DNA of 64,000 nt. Source: a candidate division FCPU426 bacterium (GTDB lineage: Bacteria > Oederibacteriota > Muellerivitia > Muellerivitales > Muellerivitaceae). The stretch covers positions 736,001 to 800,000 of the forward strand of contig CAWCKJ010000003.1 of assembly GCA_963796105.1 (NCBI GenBank), read 5' to 3'. Below the pieces are notes generated by a model that did no database searches, was not told the DNA's origin, and saw only the letters and a program-made list of their open reading frames with translations. Positions 52,055 through 62,016 of this stretch are shown piece by piece (the stretch's first letter is position 1; the number at the start of each line of letters is the position of its first letter). A program made the translations under genes and the position numbers.

Positions 52055-52260
52055 GGAAATTTAAATGTCGCGTTTGTTCCATTGGTAAAGTCGTCATGTC
52101 CGGACGCACCGGACCCCGCCAAAGTCGTGACCACGCCGCCATTGACATGGGGTGGTGTGGAAGGGACAGGACTAGAGGGAGCTTTTCCGCAAGATTGAAA
52201 GATGGTCACAAGAAAGAGAATGAAGGATAAAACCAAGTACCCGCCTTCAATTTTTCGCAA
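52055..52260 (-). pseudogene. NHL-repeat lipoprotein, 5' fragment
   Basis: AAGGAGG RBS, lipobox FQSC, 'VTTLAGSG' first repeat. Confidence 0.8.
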
Positions 52261-52369
52261 AGGAGCCTCCTTGGAAGGAATCCTGCCAATTTTCCAAATG
52301 TTTTTGGAAAAACCGCTCCCCGTGCTGCTTATTATTTAGAATTTAATCTCGGTATCATATGACGAAAGT

Positions 52370-53355
52370 TATGCTTATGCACAAAGTGACCGTGCTGTAA
52401 TGGGTTTTGCTAAGGCACATGCGGTCAAAGCACGGTGAAATAAGGAATCGGGATCATGACGACGGTTGAACCGATAGGCATATTCACTTAGATACCGGCC
52501 TAAATACTTAGCATCAACGCCATGATGAGTTCCAATGATCCAGGCCTTGGCGTTGGAAATGAACCGGTGTACCCAGGGCAACCAACTTTCCAACTCTTTC
52601 GGGTCATTGGCCATCACCCGGTAGTCTGCCTCCACTCCTTTGAGTTCACGCAAGGCTGGCGAAGCATCTGTGTTGAGGAAAGAGCCTTTTTCCATAGTCT
52701 GATTCACGAATTCCTGGCTCTCCCACTTGGTTTCCATAGCTACCTTCACCTTGGCAAAACCCGCTTTTTCCTTCTTGCAACCATTCTCATCCACCCATTC
52801 CTTGCTTTCCACCGCCACCAAGACTTCCACTTGGTTTTCCTTGGCCTTTTTCCCAAAAACCGCCCCATCCAACTCAATGACGCCCTTTAGAGTATAGCTT
52901 TCGTCCTTTTGCCTAAGACCTTCCCGGATCTTATGCAATAGAAGCCATGCCGAATGATCCGAAAGATTTAAATGCCGCTTCAGTTCCAGGGCCGAAATAC
53001 CCCGTTTGCCCTGCATCATCAAACTGATGGCCCTGACCCAGGTTAAAAGAGGCAGCTTGGAGCTTTCAAAAATCGTCCCGGCGCGAAGCCGAAGACGTTT
53101 CCGGCAATAGTCACATTCCCTCACTTCAGGCTTGGCCTGGTGTTGCCAGAAGCTTTCGCCCTCACATTGGGGACAAACAAAGTCTTTCCCGCCGAAACGG
53201 CATCTCCACACCCATTGGCGGGCTTCTTCTTCCGTGTGGATTTTCCTCAGAATTTTAATGCTTTTCATCCGCTGGTAGCTCATGTACCACCTCCCGTAGC
53301 GGACAGTATACCTATGTATTCCTTTATTTCAAGGGTCACTTAATACAGAAGCATG
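52370..53355 (-). mobile_element. IS1595-family insertion sequence, copy B (986 bp)
   Basis: Imperfect 22-bp IR TATGCTTATGCACAAAGTGACC / CATGCTTCTGTATTAAGTGACC; 8-bp target duplication ACGAAAGT (52362-52369, 53356-53363). Confidence 0.92.
52375..53283 (-). CDS. IS1595-family transposase B
   Basis: Same motifs as copy A; clearly homologous but diverged. Confidence 0.92.
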   Translation of the reverse strand: MSYQRMKSIKILRKIHTEEEARQWVWRCRFGGKDFVCPQCEGESFWQHQAKPEVRECDYCRKRLRLRAGTIFESSKLPLLTWVRAISLMMQGKRGISALELKRHLNLSDHSAWLLLHKIREGLRQKDESYTLKGVIELDGAVFGKKAKENQVEVLVAVESKEWVDENGCKKEKAGFAKVKVAMETKWESQEFVNQTMEKGSFLNTDASPALRELKGVEADYRVMANDPKELESWLPWVHRFISNAKAWIIGTHHGVDAKYLGRYLSEYAYRFNRRHDPDSLFHRALTACALAKPITARSLCA

Positions 53356-53509
53356 ACGAAAGTCATTCAAGTTGAATTTCCTAAATACGTTTACTGATCA
53401 TATCATTTGCTTCAGTTCTACTCCAAAAATCCGATGGTAAATTAAAAGCAGTTAATTCCCCCGCGCCATGTTGAAATATTTAGTGTCCTGCGCAGGTTTT
53501 CTTGTTGTT

Positions 53510-54415
53510 TTAAAATCGACTTGCCAAATACTCCAAATGCCTCGCGATTTCATTGAAAGCCGTGAATTCCAGGCCGAATTCTTTCTTGATCATGCCTAGG
53601 TCAAACAGCATCGGTTTCTCGCACCAACCGTTGTCCTCCACCACGATCTCGCCTTTCGAGCCCGTGATTTCAAGAGTCTTTCGAGCCACCTTTTCCCAGG
53701 TCACAAACTCACTGGATAAGCCAAAGAAAATACGCCGGTTCATACCGCTCCGCAATACAGCGCTAAACAACTTCGCCAGGTCCCCCGCCCAGATGAACTG
53801 CGTGCCATCATACTGAGTGACCCGAATGGGCTGGTTCTTTTTCGCCGCCTCGACAATCTTGTTGAAACGCTGGTCTGGCTGGGTGACCCCATCCGTGAAA
53901 GCGGGGTTCCCGAAGGTGTAACCAGGGCGGATGATGTTGCAGCGGATTTTCGCTTTTGCGGCGAATCCCAAAAGGTAGGCTTCTGAAGCCGCCTTTGTAG
54001 CCCCATAAAGGTCCATCGGCCTGGTATCAATGGTTTCGTCCATCAAGGGTCGGAACTCTCCCACCGCGGCAGTGGAGGAGGTATAGAGGAATTGCCTCAC
54101 GCCCACAGTCTCAGCCGCCTCCAGCATATGCGCGGTAACAGCCGTGTCCTTTTCAAGCATGGTGGTGGGCGTCTCCCCCCAGCCCAGGGCGATATGAACG
54201 CATGCGTCGCACCCTTTCAATGCCCTTTCGATGACGTTCTTGTCGTAAAGATTGCCCGCGACAAGCTCTACGTCCGGCGTGATTTTCAGTGAGGGAATTT
54301 TCCCCATGTTCCGGATCAAAAGCCGAAGCTGGTGGCCCTGGGCTAATAGCTCCTTAACGACCCAATGCCCGATAAACCCGCTGCCCCCGGTTAAAAATAT
54401 TTTCATCTTTCCCAT
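53510..54415 (-). CDS. NAD-dependent epimerase/dehydratase (extended SDR)
   Basis: TGGSGFIG and YGATK motifs. Confidence 0.9.
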   Translation of the reverse strand: MGKMKIFLTGGSGFIGHWVVKELLAQGHQLRLLIRNMGKIPSLKITPDVELVAGNLYDKNVIERALKGCDACVHIALGWGETPTTMLEKDTAVTAHMLEAAETVGVRQFLYTSSTAAVGEFRPLMDETIDTRPMDLYGATKAASEAYLLGFAAKAKIRCNIIRPGYTFGNPAFTDGVTQPDQRFNKIVEAAKKNQPIRVTQYDGTQFIWAGDLAKLFSAVLRSGMNRRIFFGLSSEFVTWEKVARKTLEITGSKGEIVVEDNGWCEKPMLFDLGMIKKEFGLEFTAFNEIARHLEYLASRF

Positions 54416-54650
54416 ACCGCCTTTTTAGAAATTTGAAGACCGGCGAATATTATGCCAATTTAACCTACGAACTATGAATAATGATAAATGTGTAATGGTT
54501 GTTCCGTTCGCCGAAAACAACCCAAAAATAGCGGAATTAACGCGTTCCTTAAGCCCCGAAGGATTCTAAAAACTTTTTCCAAGCTGGAAGATTCCATTTA
54601 TAATCACATTTTCTCGTTATGCCGTTATCCCATTTGAAAAGGACCGAACT

Positions 54651-55943
54651 ATGAGTACCGCCATGCGCTTCGACCTCACCCAAAAGGACATCCCGACCCA
54701 TTGGTACAACATCCTGCCGGACTTTCCGACCCCTCTTCCCCCGCCGCTTCATCCCGGCACCAAACAGCCCGTGACGCCGGACCTCATGGCCGGGATTTTC
54801 CCGATGAACCTCGTCATGCAGGAATTCGCGCCGGAGAACCGCGTTGAAATCCCTGAGGAAGTCAGGGACATTTACTCCCTGTGGCGCCCGACCCCTCTTC
54901 TACGAGCGGTACGCTTCGAGAAGGCTCTCGATACTCCCGCCCATATCTATTACAAATACGAGGGCGCGTCGCCCGCCGGCTCCCACAAGCCCAACACGGC
55001 CGTTCCACAGGCCTACTACAACAAGCAGGCCGGAACAAAGGAGCTGGTGACGGAGACAGGAGCCGGCCAATGGGGCTCCTCCCTGGCCCTGGCTTGCAAG
55101 CTCTTCGGGTTGAAATGCACCGTCTTCATGGTCCGGGTGAGCTTCCACCAGAAACCCTACCGCAAGCTAATGATGCAGACCTGGGGCGCCACGGTGTTCC
55201 CGTCCCCCAGCCACGAGACGGAGTTCGGGAAGAAAATGCTCCACCAGGACTCAGATTGTCCCGGAAGCCTTGGCATCGCCATCTCGGAAGCCATCGAGCG
55301 GATGTCCAAGACCCCCAACAGCAAGTACTCCCTAGGCTCGGTTTTGAACCACGTCTGCATGCACCAGACCGTGATCGGCCTGGAGGCCCTCAAGCAGATG
55401 GAGATCGCCGGGGAATATCCTGACGTGGTCGTTGGCTGCGCCGGGGGCGGATCGAACTTCTCGGGAATCGCCTTCCCCTTCGTCGAGCAAAACCTGAAGA
55501 AGGGCAAGAAGACGCGGATCCTGGCGGTGGAACCCTCCTCCTGCCCCTCGCTGACCAAAGGCGAGTACCGCTACGACTTCGGCGACACCGCGGGAACCAC
55601 GCCCCTCATGAAGATGTATACATTAGGAGCGGATTTCATGCCCCCTTCCATCCACGCCGGCGGGCTTCGCTACCATGGCATGGCCCCCACGGTCAGCCAT
55701 CTCTACGCCAACAAGCTCATCGAGGCCGCGGCCGTTCCGCAGGAAGAGGTTTTTGACGCGGCCCTGCAATTCGCGGGATCAGAGGGGATCATCCCCGCGC
55801 CGGAATCCTCCCACGCCATCGCACAGGTGGTCACGGAAGCCAAAGCCGCCAAGGCCGAGGGCAAGAAGCGGGTCATCCTCTTCAACCTCTCAGGCCACGG
55901 CATGCTGGACCTGGCGGCCTATGACGAGTTCATGAACGGCTGA
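54651..55943 (+). CDS. trpB2: TrpB-like PLP enzyme (tryptophan synthase beta type 2)
   Basis: 'GSHKPNTA', 'TETGAGQWG', 'GGGSNF', '[10 protein letters not shown]', 'NLSGHG'; no trpA nearby. Confidence 0.92.
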   Translation: MSTAMRFDLTQKDIPTHWYNILPDFPTPLPPPLHPGTKQPVTPDLMAGIFPMNLVMQEFAPENRVEIPEEVRDIYSLWRPTPLLRAVRFEKALDTPAHIYYKYEGASPAGSHKPNTAVPQAYYNKQAGTKELVTETGAGQWGSSLALACKLFGLKCTVFMVRVSFHQKPYRKLMMQTWGATVFPSPSHETEFGKKMLHQDSDCPGSLGIAISEAIERMSKTPNSKYSLGSVLNHVCMHQTVIGLEALKQMEIAGEYPDVVVGCAGGGSNFSGIAFPFVEQNLKKGKKTRILAVEPSSCPSLTKGEYRYDFGDTAGTTPLMKMYTLGADFMPPSIHAGGLRYHGMAPTVSHLYANKLIEAAAVPQEEVFDAALQFAGSEGIIPAPESSHAIAQVVTEAKAAKAEGKKRVILFNLSGHGMLDLAAYDEFMNG

Positions 55944-55992
55944 GTCGAAAAACAACGGTTTGACGTTTTTCTATACATGAGAGGTTAAAACC

Positions 55993-56604
55993 TTGAAAAA
56001 ACTGCTCCTGGGCTTGGCATTAGGGATTCTCAGTTTGTCCGCGTCCCTGGAAGCCCGGGGGCTTTTCGAGGGTATCCTGGATGTGGACATAACGCCTATC
56101 ACCGGAAAGATCCTGTCGGTTCAATATTACGTGAAGGGAACGAAAGTCCGGCAGGATATGACGGTCGGGAACCGGGTCACCATCACTCTCATGGACGCCG
56201 CTTCCAAATCGGCGACAGTACTTTTTCCAGAGCAAAAATCCTTCATGATTATGCCCATGCCTAATCCGCGGAAGGTCACGAAATCCAAGGGCCTGAGGAT
56301 TTCCAGGTCCGGCAAGACCATTGAATTGCTCGGCAAGACCTGTGAGGAATGGATTTGCGAGTCGAAAACGGGACCATCCACCATATACAGCGCCAAAGGA
56401 ATGGGAAAATTCACAGCCATGAGCAACGGGGAGGACGCTTGGACCGGCATTCAAGAAGAGGGCCTTTTCCCATTGAGAGTGGTGACAAAGATGAACAACA
56501 GCCGGATTGTCATATGGGAAGTCAAAACCATCACGAAAAAATCATTGGGTGAGAGCGTCTTTGCCTTACCGGACGATTACCAAAAGATGCCCGGACCGAA
56601 TTAA
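55993..56604 (+). CDS. Secreted DUF4412-like protein
   Basis: Signal peptide; 'FEG', 'GKTCEEW', 'FPLR', 'F.LP.DYQKM'. Confidence 0.65.
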   Translation: MKKLLLGLALGILSLSASLEARGLFEGILDVDITPITGKILSVQYYVKGTKVRQDMTVGNRVTITLMDAASKSATVLFPEQKSFMIMPMPNPRKVTKSKGLRISRSGKTIELLGKTCEEWICESKTGPSTIYSAKGMGKFTAMSNGEDAWTGIQEEGLFPLRVVTKMNNSRIVIWEVKTITKKSLGESVFALPDDYQKMPGPN

Positions 56605-56647
56605 AAATTTTCCCCCTGGAAGTTCTGTAGCGGTGGGAAAATCAACT

Positions 56648-56824
56648 TTAGGCTTTCGATAAAAGTTCCCTAACCCTCGCCGCTTCCTCGGGCTTGAGAT
56701 TGACCTTGTTCCCGTCCAGAAGGACCACCTCGTTCACGTTCTTCATTTCCCTTAACAGGATCACCTGGTCCGTATTGAGGGTGTAAGCCACCCCGACCGC
56801 GTCCGTCACATTAATAAAAGCCAT
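56648..56824 (-). CDS. Small hypothetical protein (58 aa)
   Basis: GGAGGG RBS before ATG; plausible amino-acid composition. Confidence 0.55.
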   Translation of the reverse strand: MAFINVTDAVGVAYTLNTDQVILLREMKNVNEVVLLDGNKVNLKPEEAARVRELLSKA

Positions 56825-56908
56825 GGATACCCTCCGGATGGATTTCAATACATCTATTATCAGGGGTAGTATAACCAAAATCGCGAGGATCAGAGCCCGC
56901 CGCGAGGG

Positions 56909-57370
56909 CTATGGAGCCGAAAATTCCAAGACTATCCTTGAAATGTAATTCTCCAATTGGGCCGTCAAAGGGCCGGACAGGCCCTTCCGTGGGCAGACTT
57001 CGGAGGGCTCGAACCCGAAAATCACGATTTCTTCAGCGGTTTCACCCAGCAACTTGGCGGTTTCCAGCATCTCGAAAAGATCCCCCTCGTGCAGGGACAA
57101 CCTGGGGAGAACCTTTTCGGTTTTCACTTGGGATGGCAGGAACCTTCGGAACTCCCCGGGCTTCAGGCCCATCAGGGCGCAGTCCAGGAAAACCACTTTG
57201 CGGCGGCCCCGGAGGGCGTGAAGGGCCGTCAGAATGGAGCCAGCCGAGTCAATAAGATCCACCGATGTTGGAAGCGGGGTTTGTTCCCGAAGAAGATCCA
57301 GGAGCGCTGGTCCCACGCCCTCGTCCCCCATCAGGGGGTTTCCGAGGGCCACCACCGCGTCCCGGTTCAT
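56909..57370 (-). CDS. Hydrogenase maturation protease
   Basis: 'LGNPLMGDEGVG', 'FLDC', 'SLHE'; last gene of the hydrogenase operon. Confidence 0.9.
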   Translation of the reverse strand: MNRDAVVALGNPLMGDEGVGPALLDLLREQTPLPTSVDLIDSAGSILTALHALRGRRKVVFLDCALMGLKPGEFRRFLPSQVKTEKVLPRLSLHEGDLFEMLETAKLLGETAEEIVIFGFEPSEVCPRKGLSGPLTAQLENYISRIVLEFSAP

Positions 57371-57377
57371 GAGAGCG

Positions 57378-58676
57378 TCAGACGAAGGACACCTCGAGGA
57401 AGTGGGTGGAGCAGGATACGCATGGATCGTAAGCCCTCACCAGCATCTCGAGGCGCAAGCGTATGTCGTCCTGGCTTTTGTCCAGGATGGCCGGAACCAG
57501 GGCCTCCACATCTTTCTGGAGGTTTCCGTGGTTCTGGTTGGTCGGGATGCAGACGTTGGCCGCCGTGCAGACTCCCCTCTCGTCGAAAATATAGCGGTGG
57601 AAAAGAATACCCCTGGGAGCCTCAACAGCTGAGGCGCCGTTGCCGGCCCTCGGCTTCACGGGAACACGCTCGGCCTTGATTTTACGGTTCAGGAGAGTGT
57701 CCAGCATTCCCAGGGATTCCTCGACCACGTGGAAGGTCTCCACCAGTTGGACGACAGTGTTCAGGTAAGGGTTGGTCAATTTCGGGCCCAGGCCGAACTT
57801 GCCAGCCCATTTCTTGGCCAGGGGGGAAAGCTGGGCATGGTTCAGGTTGTAACGGGCCAGGGCGCCCACCGAGTAGGCGTCGCGGTGCCAGCGCGCCCAC
57901 TTGGCCGTGGATTGGGGAGACACGTACTCGTTGGCCACGGACTCGAACTTGGAGGCCGGAGTCGTGCCCTTGGCGTCGGAGCTTGCGATCTCGCCGTCGT
58001 ACATGGCGTAGGTTCCGGGCTTGCTCAAGGCCACATACTCGGTATCCCGCTCGAAAGAAGGCAGTTTGCCGGCCAGGCTCAGGACCACCTCGGCCACTTC
58101 CTGGGCCGGGGCCACGAGAGAGGCCAGGGTCTTGCGCAGGCCCTCCAGCTGAGCGGTCGTGGGAATCCGGGTGAAACCGCCCGGAACCAGGGTGACGGGA
58201 TGGGTGGTTCTTCCGGCCAAAAGGTCGGACCACTCGTTGGCCGCGCGATGCAGGCCCACGATTTTCTTCACGACTTCTGGGTGGGTCGCGACGAGCGGCA
58301 CCACCGACTTCACGCCTAAAAGATCAGGCGCCACCAGGTAGCCCACATGCAGGACATGGCTCTGGGCCATCTCGGAATAGTGCGTCAAGGTCCGGAGCAT
58401 TTTCACGTCCTCGGACAGCTCAATGCCCAGCGCGTCCTCCACGGCCTTGATGGCGGCCATGGAATGACTGATGGAGCAGATGCCGCAAATCCGGGAGACG
58501 ACCTCCTGGATCTCGTCCCACCTGCGGCCCCGTACCATGGCCTCGAAAAAGCGGGGCGCCTCAGGGACCTGCCACTCGGCCTTGATGATGCGGCCGTCCT
58601 CGGCCTTCACCACGAGGTTTCCGTGTCCCTCGATGCGGGTGACGTGATGGACTTCCAGGTTCAGGGTCTTAGGCAT
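57378..58676 (-). CDS. Group 3b [NiFe]-hydrogenase large (alpha) subunit
   Basis: 'RIEGH', L1 'SRICGICSISH', 'EAPRG', L2 'DPCVSCSTH' + short cleavable tail. Confidence 0.93.
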   Translation of the reverse strand: MPKTLNLEVHHVTRIEGHGNLVVKAEDGRIIKAEWQVPEAPRFFEAMVRGRRWDEIQEVVSRICGICSISHSMAAIKAVEDALGIELSEDVKMLRTLTHYSEMAQSHVLHVGYLVAPDLLGVKSVVPLVATHPEVVKKIVGLHRAANEWSDLLAGRTTHPVTLVPGGFTRIPTTAQLEGLRKTLASLVAPAQEVAEVVLSLAGKLPSFERDTEYVALSKPGTYAMYDGEIASSDAKGTTPASKFESVANEYVSPQSTAKWARWHRDAYSVGALARYNLNHAQLSPLAKKWAGKFGLGPKLTNPYLNTVVQLVETFHVVEESLGMLDTLLNRKIKAERVPVKPRAGNGASAVEAPRGILFHRYIFDERGVCTAANVCIPTNQNHGNLQKDVEALVPAILDKSQDDIRLRLEMLVRAYDPCVSCSTHFLEVSFV

Positions 58677-59421
58677 GGGAGGGCTCCTTGTAAGGCTTGA
58701 GGAAAATTTCCATCTTGCTGTCCAAATCCGCCCGGGTCAAACCGTAAAGTGCCGTCGAAGCGGCCAAACCTTCGGGATTCGCGTCCTCGGAGTATCCGCG
58801 GCAGGCCACGCAAACGCCGCCCTTGGAGGTGCAGGCCGCGTCGCAGCCGGCCCGCGCGAGGGGCCCCAAGCAGACTTCCCCTTTCGTCCACCGGCAGGCG
58901 ACTTCCTTCAAACGGCATTCCACGCAGACGGAGTAGCTGGGGATGAAGGGTTCCCTTCCCAGCAGGAGGCACTTCACGATGTACACGAGTTCCTTGCCGG
59001 AGATCGGACAGCCTCTCACGATGTAATCCACCTTCACGACTTCCCCGACCCCCTGGGTGAGGGCCGTGGACAGGTGTCCCATGGCGCCGTCCTTGCCGTA
59101 AACCGCTTGACGGACCTCGTTCAGGTCGAACTGGTTCTTGAGGCGGTTCACCCCGCCGTCAATGGCGCAGGCGCCGAGGGCGATGAGCAGCTTGGAGCGC
59201 TCCCGGACCTTCCTGAGCTTTTCCGCGTCCTGGGGACGGGTGATGGACCCCTCGATAATGGCGATGTCGTAGTTTTCACCTTGCTCGGACATGGCTTCCC
59301 GCCATTCCACGACGTCGGCAACCTGGATCAGGTCCAGGATGGCCTCCTCCAGGTTCACCACCTGGAGCTGGCACCCTTCGCAGCAGGCGAAATCGAATAT
59401 GGCGATCTTGGGTTTGGACAT
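58669..59421 (-). CDS. Group 3b hydrogenase small (delta) subunit
   Basis: 'CCEGC', 'GAC', 'GCP', 'CVEC...CLGP...GC.A.C...C.ACRG'. Confidence 0.92.
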   Translation of the reverse strand: MSKPKIAIFDFACCEGCQLQVVNLEEAILDLIQVADVVEWREAMSEQGENYDIAIIEGSITRPQDAEKLRKVRERSKLLIALGACAIDGGVNRLKNQFDLNEVRQAVYGKDGAMGHLSTALTQGVGEVVKVDYIVRGCPISGKELVYIVKCLLLGREPFIPSYSVCVECRLKEVACRWTKGEVCLGPLARAGCDAACTSKGGVCVACRGYSEDANPEGLAASTALYGLTRADLDSKMEIFLKPYKEPSHA

Positions 59422-60284
59422 TAGATGGCCTCCGGTACGTCGAGAATATCCTTATAGGCGAACACCGGGCCAGCCTGGCAGACATAAAGGCCGTTCATCT
59501 GGCAATGGCCGCATTTCCCGACGCCGCACTTCATGCGGCGCTCCAGGGAGACGAAGATGTTCTTGTTAGGCACCTGCAGGCGCCTCAGCTCGCGGATGAC
59601 GAATTTGTACATGATCGGGGGTCCGCAAATGACCGCCGTCCACTCCTCATCGCCGAGGGAGAACTTGTTGAAGAGAGTCGTGATGAGGCCGACATTCCCC
59701 TTCCAATCGGGGGTCCCCTGGTCCACAGTCTCCAGGAACTCCACGTCCTTTCGCTTGGACCATTCAGCCAGCTCTTCGGTAAAGAGCCTGTCTGACGAAA
59801 GGCGGGTTCCAGACAAGATCACGACCCGCCTGTAATCCTTGCGGTTCTTAAGTACCCATTGGATCCCGGAGCGCAAGGGCACCAGCCCTATGCCCCCTCC
59901 GATGAACATCACGTTCTTTCCTTTTAATTCTTTTTCCACAGGGAACACCGTGCCGAAAGGCCCGCGGATTCCCACCTTGGCGCCAGGCTTCATCTTGTGA
60001 AGGGCCTGGGTGACCACGCCTAAACGACGGATAACCATTTGGAAAACGCCCTTGACCGTGGGGGAGGAGGAGATGGAAATGGGGGCTTCCCCCATGCCCG
60101 GCACGGAGACTTCCACAAATTGGCCCGGCATGTGGCCAAGTTCCTTGCCTGAGTCCAGCTTGACCTCAAAAAAGGTGTCTAACTGGGTCATGGGCTCGAT
60201 TCGCACCAAGGTGGCCGGCATGGGCAGATACATGTCCGCCGGTTTGGTTTGTTTTTTCCTTTTGGTGGCTGTGGGCATGGTCAT
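59421..60284 (-). CDS. Group 3b hydrogenase gamma subunit (FAD/NAD(P)-binding, 2Fe-2S)
   Basis: 'PGQF', 'RGPFG', 'GGGIG', 'CGPP', 'MKCGVGKCGHC...C..GPVF'. Confidence 0.92.
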   Translation of the reverse strand: MTMPTATKRKKQTKPADMYLPMPATLVRIEPMTQLDTFFEVKLDSGKELGHMPGQFVEVSVPGMGEAPISISSSPTVKGVFQMVIRRLGVVTQALHKMKPGAKVGIRGPFGTVFPVEKELKGKNVMFIGGGIGLVPLRSGIQWVLKNRKDYRRVVILSGTRLSSDRLFTEELAEWSKRKDVEFLETVDQGTPDWKGNVGLITTLFNKFSLGDEEWTAVICGPPIMYKFVIRELRRLQVPNKNIFVSLERRMKCGVGKCGHCQMNGLYVCQAGPVFAYKDILDVPEAI

Positions 60285-61297
60285 TCCCCCCAAAGTTTAT
60301 TGAAGACTTCGACTGGATTCGCGATTTTCGGGACGCAGGCCGTCACGCACCTTCCGCATCCCACGCAGGAGAGGTCCCCGTTCATTTCCGGGAAGTACTC
60401 CCCCTTATGGAGGAAGCGGTGCCTGTAGCGTTCCACGGCGTTTTTTCGGAAATTATGGTTTCCCGCCACCACCGCGAAATCCTTCAACTGGCATCCGTCC
60501 CAACTCCGGCAGCGGGTCCCGCATTGGAGATCCCATTCCGGCTCGTCCTGCACGTCGAAACAATAGCATGTGGGGCAGACGATATTGCAGGCCCCGCAGG
60601 AAAGGCACAAGGCGGCTTTTTCCTTCCAAACAGGGTGGTCATAATTTCGCCTCAAAAGGTCAGGCAGGTCCTGAGGCGACCCCTTGAGCTGGTGTTTTCT
60701 CTGGGCTTTCTTGCTGGCTTCCCACATTTTCTCCCGCTCTTCAAGCTGTTCCTTAGTAGCGTTCTTGACCGGCCCCATGGATTTTATCAGGGCCTCACCC
60801 TTCTTGGTCCAAGCCTCGGCCAGATACCCTCCTGGAATCCGGGTCAGGAGAAGGTCCCCCTCCTTCGTGACGGCCGTTCCCATGGAACCTGCGAAATTGT
60901 TCGCTGAGACCCTTTCCACGTCCAGGACCACGATCGTGCAGGCGTCGCGGCGGGCGGCGTAATGGGCGTCCTTGTGCTGTTTCAAGTAGAAATTGTCCGT
61001 CTGGGTGACGGCGGCCATGTCATAGGGATGGACCCCGAACAGCACGAAAGGCTTGGTCTCCATCACGCTCTTATATTCGGAACCCTTGTAGGTAAGCATG
61101 ACCTCATGAGGGGGAAGCAGGAATTTTTTTGGGGGAAGCACCGTGACATCGTAATCCAGCCTCAATTCGGAGGCGTGGGCGAGGGGCTCAAAGGCAAACA
61201 AGCCTTCCTGCTCCACAGGCCCGATGACTGCCTGCTTCTTGCGAAGGGCATCCACCCAAGCGTTGAGAATATTGGAATCCAGTTTCTTGACGGCCAT
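60281..61297 (-). CDS. Group 3b hydrogenase beta subunit (2x4Fe-4S)
   Basis: 'CLSCGACNIVCPTCYCF', 'CVGCGRCVTAC'. Confidence 0.92.
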   Translation of the reverse strand: MAVKKLDSNILNAWVDALRKKQAVIGPVEQEGLFAFEPLAHASELRLDYDVTVLPPKKFLLPPHEVMLTYKGSEYKSVMETKPFVLFGVHPYDMAAVTQTDNFYLKQHKDAHYAARRDACTIVVLDVERVSANNFAGSMGTAVTKEGDLLLTRIPGGYLAEAWTKKGEALIKSMGPVKNATKEQLEEREKMWEASKKAQRKHQLKGSPQDLPDLLRRNYDHPVWKEKAALCLSCGACNIVCPTCYCFDVQDEPEWDLQCGTRCRSWDGCQLKDFAVVAGNHNFRKNAVERYRHRFLHKGEYFPEMNGDLSCVGCGRCVTACVPKIANPVEVFNKLWGE

Positions 61298-61369
61298 GGA
61301 GCCCTCCAAAGTGGAACCACGACGGGGTTCGTTGATGTATGAAAATATAACATCGCGAAACCTCGTTTA

Positions 61370-61387
61370 TTATGACTTGTGTCATAA
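61370..61387. promoter_or_regulatory. Perfect palindrome TTATGAC-N4-GTCATAA upstream of the hydrogenase operon
   Basis: 7-4-7 dyad ~70 bp upstream of the beta-subunit start. Confidence 0.55.
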
Positions 61388-61702
61388 CTTTTAACTACCA
61401 CTACAGGCTGTTGTCCAAAAGTTTATAGGCCGGAGAAAAAGTGAGAGAATTTTTTCAAACTTTTTTCCGGAAATTTGACCTAAAAAATCCGCCGGGAATC
61501 ATCAGTTGGAAATTTAACCGGAGAAAACTTAAACCGGCTGTCCTATGCTCCCGACTGTTTTATCTTTTTTTCGAAAAATATTTCAATTTCCCCGCTGGAT
61601 GATTTACCCAAAATGGAATATTGGGCCATTTAAACCCAATTATTCAGCGAATAATACTAACCGATTGTTGATAAAGGGAATCAGTAAGACCTAGTATGAC
61701 TT

Positions 61703-61927
61703 ATGCATAATTCAGACCATCAAATCATTTTAATTTTCGGCAGGAATGTCCAAAAGATCCGTAAGAAACATGGTTGGACCCAGGAAATATTGGGGGATCG
61801 GGCCGGTTTGCAGGGAAGCTATATCGGTTTCGTGGAACGCGGCGAGAGAAGCATCACCCTTAAAAACATCGTCAAGATTTACAAAGCCTTGGGCTGTTCC
61901 ATCAGCAAACTCTTAGAGGGAATTTAA
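61703..61927 (+). CDS. XRE-family HTH regulator
   Basis: 'FGRNVQKIRK..GWTQE.LG.RAGL..SYIG.VERGERS'. Confidence 0.85.
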   Translation: MHNSDHQIILIFGRNVQKIRKKHGWTQEILGDRAGLQGSYIGFVERGERSITLKNIVKIYKALGCSISKLLEGI

Positions 61928-61960
61928 CCAATAACAGGATTTAGAAACCCGTGTCTATAA

Positions 61961-61994
61961 AAAAAAGGCCCCAATCTCTATTGGGGCCTTTTTT
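61961..61994. terminator. Bidirectional intrinsic terminator
   Basis: AAAAAAGGCCCCAAT-ctct-ATTGGGGCCTTTTTT between convergent genes. Confidence 0.9.
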
Positions 61995-62016
61995 AAAAAA
62001 GCTAAATTCAGCAACT

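Noticed and set aside
51067..53355. Composite transposon formed by the two IS1595 copies
   Set aside because: Each copy has its own distinct target duplication and IRs, and the DNA between them is the host gene's 5' end.
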